NCBI GenBank assembly: GCA_018817715.1
Contig: JAHITT010000004.1
Location: 125,784-189,783 of the forward strand
Reading direction: 5' to 3'
Source: Patescibacteria group bacterium
GTDB taxonomy: Bacteria > Patescibacteriota > Patescibacteriia > Veblenbacterales > UBA10138
DNA length: 64,000 nt
Numbering within the stretch: position 1 is the first letter of the stretch; every line of letters begins with the position of its first letter. Under the pieces are notes generated by a model. The model saw nothing but the letters and a program-made list of their open reading frames with translations. It searched no databases and was not told the origin of the DNA. Below, piece by piece: positions 57,515 to 64,000 of the stretch. A program made the position numbers and the translations under genes.

Positions 57515-57561
57515 ATAAAGCCGTGTTAAAATCTGTTCTACCCTAATTAAACAGGGTTTAT

Positions 57562-57636
57562 GGCGGCTATAGTTCAATGGTAGAACACTGGTTTGTGGTA
57601 CCAGTTACGAGGGTTCGATTCCCTCTAGTCGCCCCA
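57562..57636 (+). tRNA. tRNA-His(GUG)
   Basis: G-1/C73, GCGGCTA/TAGTCGC acceptor, CTGGT-TTGTGGT-ACCAG anticodon arm, encoded CCA. Confidence 0.94.
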
Positions 57637-57717
57637 CAAAGGACATCAGTGTTGACTGGTGTTTTTTGTTTAACTAATAAGCTTTTTTCGGTTCTGATTG
57701 AGTGGTATAATTTACTT

Positions 57718-58110
57718 ATGCTAGCTGAGATAGAAAAAGTTCCTCTCTGGAAAGAGGACGAACGAGGTAAGGCTTATCAATTCTCAACTCGAGAGAGTAG
57801 TTTTTATATTGCCCTCTACCGCCGCAAAGGGACCACGAGTGGTGACCATTACCACAAGGGAACAATTAAATCTAAATCTCCCGAGATATTTTATTTTATT
57901 GACGGTAAAGCAGAATTACACCTCAAAGACCAGAAAAGCGGGCTTGAAGAAAGGCACATCATAGAGCCTGGTACCAAAATCCAAATACCGCCCAACATTT
58001 ACCACTCGTTCAGGGCCTTAACTGATATTATCCTAATCGAGTTTAATGTTAGTAAGAGCGACTTTGAAAACTACGAGGCCGATACAATTAAGCTTAACCC
58101 ACACCAATAG
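57718..58110 (+). CDS. Cupin-domain protein
   Basis: DERG, G.HYH, E.FY...G and IPPN.YH.F.A. True start is ATG 57718, since the longer ORF overlaps tRNA-His. Confidence 0.75.
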   Translation: MLAEIEKVPLWKEDERGKAYQFSTRESSFYIALYRRKGTTSGDHYHKGTIKSKSPEIFYFIDGKAELHLKDQKSGLEERHIIEPGTKIQIPPNIYHSFRALTDIILIEFNVSKSDFENYEADTIKLNPHQ

Positions 58111-58382
58111 CGGTAAATACAGTCACGACTTTACCCCAATCCACCCCAAGAAAAATAGCTTTCTCGCCTGCCGAGGAGGCTATTTTTCTTTGTAGGAATT
58201 ACTTAGGGAATCAAAGGGTACGGATAAAAAGTGAACTGCTTCACTTTTTAGACGACCCCGGTCTCTGGAGGAGAAACGAGCGTTGCCCCACGAATGTGGG
58301 GCCGCGAGATTCGGGGGAATAGGATTTCTTGCTCTAACCACCACATCAAAAAGAAAATTGATTTAGTTTATTTACACGATCT

Positions 58383-58646
58383 CTAACTCTTAACTCGCCA
58401 ACGATAATAGGCCACCAAGATTAAACTAAGACTGGTAATAATCAAACTTATCAAATTAGAAACAAAGATGCTCATCACCCGATTGCGCCAAGCATCATAA
58501 GTAATAATAGCAATACCAGCCACGGTTAAAGCATACATAGCTAAACTAATATCAGCGCTGCTTTTTCTTTTAAGCAAACGATAAATCTGTGGCAAACCAG
58601 AAATAGTAAAAAAAACCGCTGGCAAATAATAAAACATTTGTCCCAT
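58383..58646 (-). CDS. PQ-loop/SemiSWEET-family small membrane protein
   Basis: LPQIYR..K.KS..DIS plus 3 TM helices. Confidence 0.8.
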   Translation of the reverse strand: MGQMFYYLPAVFFTISGLPQIYRLLKRKSSADISLAMYALTVAGIAIITYDAWRNRVMSIFVSNLISLIITSLSLILVAYYRWRVKS

Positions 58647-58803
58647 AATTTTATAGCTTATCCTAATTATTCTAAATAATAACACATTTAAATTTAAAAA
58701 ATACCCCTATAACACATTGACTGAGCGACTAAAAAATGGTAATGTTGGCTTCGGAAGAAATTGTCCTTATTGTAAGGCAATTTTTTCGCATTTGGACAAT
58801 TTT

Positions 58804-59997
58804 ATGAAAATACTGTTTAATGGCTATCAAAATTTATTGCCACCACGCAACGGTCACCACTATGGCGGACCGCAAAGTTTTACTAATTCCTTTATTAATT
58901 ACTTGAAACAAAAAACCAATCACACCTTCACGGCTATTATTTTAAGAAGTGACCAAAGAATCAAAGGCTCTGACTTAAAAATTAAAAAAACTAAAGAAGG
59001 CCCAAATAACTGGCTAACTATTCGGGCCAATTTAAAAATTAAAAAAATCATTAAAGCCTCAACAACCACCTTACCTTATGGCTATCAAGCAATTATTAAA
59101 AAATTGACTGCCGAGATAAAAAATATTCAACCAGATGTTATTTTATTTAATGGTTTTTCCGTACCTAATTGGTATTTGTTAAAAGCTGCTCACCAAAGTG
59201 GTTTGCCCATTTTAGTTGCCCATCACGGTTTATGGTTTAAAGACATTCAAGCCACTGGCCAGTTATATAGCAACTCTGGTAAAAAATTAGCCTTAAAAAT
59301 GGAAAAAGATATTTATCTATTAGCTGATCAACAAATATTTTTTAATGATTTTAGTCAAAAAATTTTTACTACTAAAATTGGGGGTTTTTTCGCAAATAAA
59401 ATAAACTACCTACCTCTACCCTATAATACTGTTTACTTAAATAAGAAAAAACCAGCCACGGCTAATAGTAAAATATTAAAAATCGGCTTAATCGGCCGTT
59501 GGGATAATATAAAAAATCACCGCGCCTTTTGGCAACTGGCTAAAACAACTACTAAACAAAAATTACCTTGGAAATTTTATTCCGTTACCCATTGGCCAGA
59601 CAATAAACCACTTAATAATCTGCAAAAAAAATATAAAAAACATATCCAACTAGTCGGCCAAATGACGCCAGCTAAACTTAAAAAATTTTACCAGTCTATG
59701 AATCTACTAGTCCTACCCTCACATTTTGATGTGTCACCGACGGTTGTTATGGAAGCGGCTTTGCAAAATCGTCTAACCCTTATTTCGGCTAATGTCGGCT
59801 GGGTAAGTATTTATAAAAAATTCGGTTTAAACAAATTAATTGCTAACTTTAATCAACCTAAACAAATTATCAATCTCATAAAAAATAATACTAAACAACC
59901 GGCGCCAACAAAATTTTATAATTACATAAAAACCCAACATCATCCCAGTGAAGTGTTTAAAAAATATTTAAAACTAGCTTCCCTAGCTAAAAAATAG
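58804..59997 (+). CDS. Glycosyltransferase family 4
   Basis: GG...F, GR....KN and PS.FD..P.V.MEA. ATG 58804 preferred. Confidence 0.8.
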   Translation: MKILFNGYQNLLPPRNGHHYGGPQSFTNSFINYLKQKTNHTFTAIILRSDQRIKGSDLKIKKTKEGPNNWLTIRANLKIKKIIKASTTTLPYGYQAIIKKLTAEIKNIQPDVILFNGFSVPNWYLLKAAHQSGLPILVAHHGLWFKDIQATGQLYSNSGKKLALKMEKDIYLLADQQIFFNDFSQKIFTTKIGGFFANKINYLPLPYNTVYLNKKKPATANSKILKIGLIGRWDNIKNHRAFWQLAKTTTKQKLPWKFYSVTHWPDNKPLNNLQKKYKKHIQLVGQMTPAKLKKFYQSMNLLVLPSHFDVSPTVVMEAALQNRLTLISANVGWVSIYKKFGLNKLIANFNQPKQIINLIKNNTKQPAPTKFYNYIKTQHHPSEVFKKYLKLASLAKK

Positions 59998-60000
59998 ACT

Positions 60001-61059
60001 ATGAAAATCGCCCAATTAGTTTCTAATTACCATCGTGTCAGTCCCAGCACCAAACAAGCCATTTATTCCCTAGTGGCCGCTTTAAGTAATGGTTTAACTA
60101 AACAAAATAATGAAGTAACCCTCTTCGCCAGTGGCGATTCTATTAGCCAAGCTAAATTAATCTCGGTAACTGCCAGCGCCACTTATAAATTGAATCTGGA
60201 TGAACCAATGAAACGTTATCATTTGCATAATCTCATTTCCGAATGCTACAGACAGGCAGATAGTTTTGATATTATTCATTCTCATTTTAATTTATTATCT
60301 TCTTTTTACGCCGACTTAGTAAAAACGCCCAGCCTTAAATCCTTGCACAGTCCGATTAATACCGAGCTAAAACCCTTGCTAAAAAAATTCAAGCACCATA
60401 ATTACATATCTTTTTCTTTGGCCCAGCGCAAACAAATGCCCGAACTTAACTGGGTAGCCAATATTTATCATGGCGTGGATACCCACAAATTCAAATTCAA
60501 ATTGCGACCAAAAAATTATTTGATGTATTTAGGTAGAATTACCGAAGACAAGGGTGTCCACTTAGCTATTGAAGCGGCCCAAGCCGCCAAATTACCACTA
60601 GTCATTGCCGGTATGAGCTACGAAAACGAAGGCTATTGGCACAACGCCATTGAATCTAAGATTGATGGCAAAAATATTATTTATGCTGGCCAATTGGATT
60701 TTGATACTAAAATAGAATACTTAAGGAATGCCCGTGGCTTACTGTTTCCCACTCAATACGATGAAGTATTTGGTCTGGTAATGATAGAAGCTATGGCTTG
60801 TGGCACACCGGTTATCGGTTGGAAAAGTGGTTCCGTACCAGAAATAATTCAGCACAAACAAACCGGCTATGTGATTAAAAGTGTGACCGAAATGGTAAAA
60901 GCTATAAGCCATTTAGGTAAAATTAACCGTCAAGCTGCTCGTCAACGAGTGGAAAACTTATTCAGCATAGAAAAAATGGTACTTGGTTATGAAAAAGTTT
61001 ATCAACGCATAGTAGAAGAACACCGCCAGCAGGCCGATAAAAACAACCTAACCAAATAA
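60001..61059 (+). CDS. Glycosyltransferase family 4
   Basis: GRI..DKG and E.FGLVMIEAMACGTPVI. Confidence 0.9.
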   Translation: MKIAQLVSNYHRVSPSTKQAIYSLVAALSNGLTKQNNEVTLFASGDSISQAKLISVTASATYKLNLDEPMKRYHLHNLISECYRQADSFDIIHSHFNLLSSFYADLVKTPSLKSLHSPINTELKPLLKKFKHHNYISFSLAQRKQMPELNWVANIYHGVDTHKFKFKLRPKNYLMYLGRITEDKGVHLAIEAAQAAKLPLVIAGMSYENEGYWHNAIESKIDGKNIIYAGQLDFDTKIEYLRNARGLLFPTQYDEVFGLVMIEAMACGTPVIGWKSGSVPEIIQHKQTGYVIKSVTEMVKAISHLGKINRQAARQRVENLFSIEKMVLGYEKVYQRIVEEHRQQADKNNLTK

Positions 61060-61068
61060 ACCTTAATT

Positions 61069-61881
61069 ATGTCTGGACAAAAAAATAAACTAGGTTTGGC
61101 TTTGGGTAGTGGTGGACCAAGAGGCTTAGCACATATTGGCGTACTTAAATTTTTAATTTCCAAAAACCTAAAACCAAACTTTTTAGCCGGCAGTAGTATA
61201 GGTGCCTGGGTGGCGGCGCATTATGCAGTGCACGAAAACATAGACAAACTTATTCAAGACACTCTGGGTAATAAGTGGGAAAAATTTTATTCATTATTAG
61301 AACCTGCTTGGTCTAGCGGGTTAATTCAAGGGCACCGACTAGAAAAATTATTACAGAATTTTTTGGGCACACCTAATTTCGAAGATTTAAAAATACCCTT
61401 AACTATAGTAGCCACTGATTATCAAACCGGCCAAATTATTAATATTAATTCTGGCCCTCTATTAACTGCTCTACGTGGCAGTATGGCCGTACCGCCGATT
61501 TTCCAACCAGTTAAATATCAAAATTATTTTTTAATAGACGGCGCCCTAAGCAATCCTGTACCAGTCCAATCTTTAAAAGCCATGGGGGCCAACCAAATAA
61601 TCGCTGTTAATCTAAACCAATTAATTTCTGATCCAGAAACTAAAATTGATTTAAAGCCCTCCTTAACCCAAACCAGTCGCCGCAGTTTAAATATTATACA
61701 CCATCATTTAGCTGATTTATCTTGCGCGGCAGCTGACGTTGTAATAACTCCCCAACTAAAAAACAATGGCTTTAAATCTTGGCGACAATATTTTACCGGC
61801 GATCACCACCAACAAATTATTGAACAAGGTTTTTTGGCTACCGAAACTAATTGGCCAAAAATAAAAAACCTGCTTAATTAA
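61069..61881 (+). CDS. Patatin-like phospholipase
   Basis: GSGGPRG, GSSIG nucleophile motif and DGA. Confidence 0.9.
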   Translation: MSGQKNKLGLALGSGGPRGLAHIGVLKFLISKNLKPNFLAGSSIGAWVAAHYAVHENIDKLIQDTLGNKWEKFYSLLEPAWSSGLIQGHRLEKLLQNFLGTPNFEDLKIPLTIVATDYQTGQIININSGPLLTALRGSMAVPPIFQPVKYQNYFLIDGALSNPVPVQSLKAMGANQIIAVNLNQLISDPETKIDLKPSLTQTSRRSLNIIHHHLADLSCAAADVVITPQLKNNGFKSWRQYFTGDHHQQIIEQGFLATETNWPKIKNLLN

Positions 61882-61959
61882 AAAGTGTCTCCTCTTAATT
61901 CTCGCCGACTGGCGAAAAATCTAAAAAGAGACACCAAGATATTTTCTGACTGACTTTCT

Positions 61960-62037
61960 TTACTGCATTTCTTCTTCACTGGCTTCAGTACCACAGGTGC
62001 ATGGCTCATTACCGCATACTGGGCAAATGTCCATCAT
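61960..62037 (-). CDS. Putative 25-aa Cys-rich micro-protein MMDICPVCGNEPCTCGTEASEEEMQ
   Basis: AAGGA RBS 8 nt before the ATG, CPxCG plus CxC motif, acidic tail and a downstream hairpin (61884-61933). Confidence 0.6.
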   Translation of the reverse strand: MMDICPVCGNEPCTCGTEASEEEMQ

Positions 62038-62189
62038 ATAACTTTTCCTTATGCCTGCTGGCCAATTAATTGGCAGCAGAATTAAGATTAAGGGCCTTAC
62101 TAAGGCCTTTTTATATTAGCATATTGACCTTAAAAATAAACCCCGCCAAAACATTGCTTTAAGTGGCTAAAATGTTAATCTTAAAACAT

Positions 62190-62546
62190 ATGAAAAATCA
62201 ACCAACTAATCAAAGCAACGAAGGAATTGAACTACTTTATACTAAAGATTGCCAAGCTTGGCCAACTACTCTAGTTAACCTTAAAAAAGCCTTAGCCGAA
62301 CTTAAAGTAACAGATAAACCTAAAATAATTAAAATAAACACTATTATTGAGGCCCAATTGTACAATTTTTTTGCTTCACCAGCCATTCATATTAATGGCC
62401 AAGATATTGATCCGACTGCTAGGCGCTCCCATAAACGGGGCCTAGGCTACGGCCGACCTTATTTTTACAATAAATCCAGCCACCCTTACCCCAGCGTTGA
62501 ACAAATTAAATCCGCCCTGCAAAAACTATATTTTGATAAAGTTTAA
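62190..62546 (+). CDS. Thioredoxin-fold small protein (single Cys)
   Basis: IELLY..DC...; F.ASP.I.ING.DI. Start uncertain (62163, 62172 or 62190). Confidence 0.6.
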   Translation: MKNQPTNQSNEGIELLYTKDCQAWPTTLVNLKKALAELKVTDKPKIIKINTIIEAQLYNFFASPAIHINGQDIDPTARRSHKRGLGYGRPYFYNKSSHPYPSVEQIKSALQKLYFDKV

Positions 62547-62588
62547 TATTTAGGTACACTATTAATACTCAAGACTAACAAAAAATTT

Positions 62589-63626
62589 ATGCCTAACTCT
62601 TCTTTGGAACAATTATTCAGTCAAGCAGCTGAAGCTGGAGCCTCCGATCTTCACTTAGTGGCTGGCCAACCGCCAGTCATTAGATTACATGGCGCCTTAA
62701 AACCTATAAACGAAGGTGTCCTAAACGCCGATGTTCTACAAAAAATAGTTTATGGCATACTCAGTCCGGAAATAAAAACCAAACTAGAAAAAAATCGTGA
62801 ACTAGATACTTCCTACCAAATTAGTGATGGTACCCGTTTTAGGGTGAACGTTTTTTACGAAAAAGGTAATTTAAGTTTAGCCGCCCGAGTAATTCCCACC
62901 ACCATTCCCAGCCCAGAAGAATTATACTTACCAGAAGTTGCTCAAAATCTTACCAAATTAAATCATGGTTTAGTTTTAGTTACTGGGCCAACTGGCTCGG
63001 GTAAATCTACTTCCATTGCCTCTTTAATCGAAATGATTAATCAGCAAAGGAATTTAAATATAATAACTCTAGAAGATCCAATCGAATTTCTGTTTGAATC
63101 CAAAAAAAGCCTAATCCAACAAAGACAACTGGGCACGGATATGCTGTCCTTTGCTGAGGGGCTAAAGCATGTTTTAAGGCAGGATCCTAATGTTATTATG
63201 ATTGGCGAAATGCGCGATCTAGAAACCATTTCTACCACTTTAACCTTAGCCGAAACCGGTCACTTGGTATTTGCCACCTTGCATACCAATAACGCTGCCG
63301 AAACTATTGATCGTATCGTGGATGTTTTTCCACCCCACAAACAAAACCAGGTTCGCCTTCAACTATCCCTTTCCTTACAAGCTGTGGTTTCACAAAGACT
63401 ACTGCCCTTACTAGCCGGTGGCCGACGAGCAGCCTTTGAAGTCTTAATAAATAATCCAGCTGTTGCCAACCTCATAAGAGAAAATAAAATAGGCCAGATA
63501 AAATCTGTTATCCAAACCAGTGCCGACCAAGGTATGATAACCTTAGAAAGATCAGTTAAAGATTTATTGCAACAAGGTTTAATAAATGAAGAAATAGCCA
63601 GTCGACACATTAATCTGGAAGACTAG
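62589..63626 (+). CDS. pilT: Type IV pilus retraction ATPase
   Basis: ASDLHL, RFRVN, GPTGSGKST, EDPIE, LRQDP.VI.IGEMRD and AETGHLVF.TLH. Confidence 0.93.
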   Translation: MPNSSLEQLFSQAAEAGASDLHLVAGQPPVIRLHGALKPINEGVLNADVLQKIVYGILSPEIKTKLEKNRELDTSYQISDGTRFRVNVFYEKGNLSLAARVIPTTIPSPEELYLPEVAQNLTKLNHGLVLVTGPTGSGKSTSIASLIEMINQQRNLNIITLEDPIEFLFESKKSLIQQRQLGTDMLSFAEGLKHVLRQDPNVIMIGEMRDLETISTTLTLAETGHLVFATLHTNNAAETIDRIVDVFPPHKQNQVRLQLSLSLQAVVSQRLLPLLAGGRRAAFEVLINNPAVANLIRENKIGQIKSVIQTSADQGMITLERSVKDLLQQGLINEEIASRHINLED

Positions 63627-63771
63627 CCAAAATAAAAGACTTCCCGACTTGAAACCAAACAAACTTTATGTTACTTTGGGTGATGCTTTGATAAAGCATC
63701 TAAGGCTTCTTATCGACCCGTTCTTTTAAAAATTAACCAATCATTAAATCAAATACCATCTATCTAATTAG

Positions 63772-63843
63772 GCCCTCGTGGTGAAATGGATATCACGGCT
63801 GGCTTCGGACCAGTTATTGGGGGTTCGAATCCCTCCGGGGGCA
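63772..63843 (+). tRNA. tRNA-Arg(UCG)
   Basis: GCCCTCG/CGGGGGC acceptor, GCTGG-CTTCGGA-CCAGT anticodon arm, GGTTCGAATCC. Confidence 0.92.
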
Positions 63844-63871
63844 AAATAATTAGCAGCCATCTAGTAACTTA

Positions 63872-63946
63872 GGGTCGTTAGCTCAATGGTAGAGCAGCTG
63901 CCTCTTAAGCAGTTGGTTACAGGTTCGAGTCCTGTACGACCCACCA
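63872..63946 (+). tRNA. tRNA-Lys(CUU)
   Basis: GGGTCGT/ACGACCC acceptor, GCTGC-CTCTTAA-GCAGT anticodon arm, encoded CCA. Confidence 0.95.
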
Positions 63947-64000
63947 AACGCTAAAAAATAATTACAGTTTATAGTCAGTAATTATTACTATATAAACTAC

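Noticed and set aside
57577-57717. N-terminal extension of the cupin ORF
   Set aside because: It overlaps tRNA-His. The real start is ATG 57718.
1153-63610. Numerous 60-130 aa ORFs nested in or antisense to long genes (e.g. 1153, 2108, 12045, 14129, 33342, 36943, 49071, 53075, 63359)
   Set aside because: They lie within well-supported genes and show no motifs or RBS, as expected for shadow frames.
1-64000. CRISPR array or cas genes
   Set aside because: No regularly spaced direct repeats with unique spacers and no Cas motifs were seen.
1-64000. Genetic code 25 (UGA=Gly)
   Set aside because: All conserved genes, including the 10.4-kb ORF, are uninterrupted under code 11, so there is no in-frame TGA evidence.

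Overview
AT-rich chromosomal segment of what is most likely a Patescibacteria (CPR, Parcubacteria-like) genome. The assignment is an inference from gene content, the tRNA-Arg(GCG)/(UCG) pair and CPR-type intergenic repeats. Most genes lie on the minus strand. Housekeeping genes (murI, phosphomannomutase, glyA, folD, recG, radA, rsmA, tsaC, leuS, comM, lspA, pnp, rpsO, pilT) and 5 tRNAs frame several accessory features. (1) A ~26 kb co-oriented T4SS-like locus (15.5-41.5 kb) has a VirB4-like ATPase, a PrgI protein, a VirB6-like protein, DsbA, a 3475-aa Cys-rich surface protein and two VirB2-like pilin fusions. The pilins share a near-identical pilin module but carry different cargo, one being an M15 D,D-peptidase. 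(2) An unannotated 19-aa ORF with a strong RBS heads an operon with an M14 metallopeptidase and a circularly permuted ATP-grasp-type ligase, a candidate peptide-modification or tagging system. (3) A promoter-boxA-structured RNA-orphan ORF cassette lies between recG and radA, with the ORF enclosed by a perfect 16-bp inverted repeat. (4) There is also a 25-aa CxxC/CxC micro-protein, a degenerate Xer-like recombinase, a translin-family gene and scattered short repeats. No TGA stop was found among the ~50 complete CDS. No CRISPR array, rRNA or intact transposase was seen. All protein family calls come from motif recognition, not database searches.
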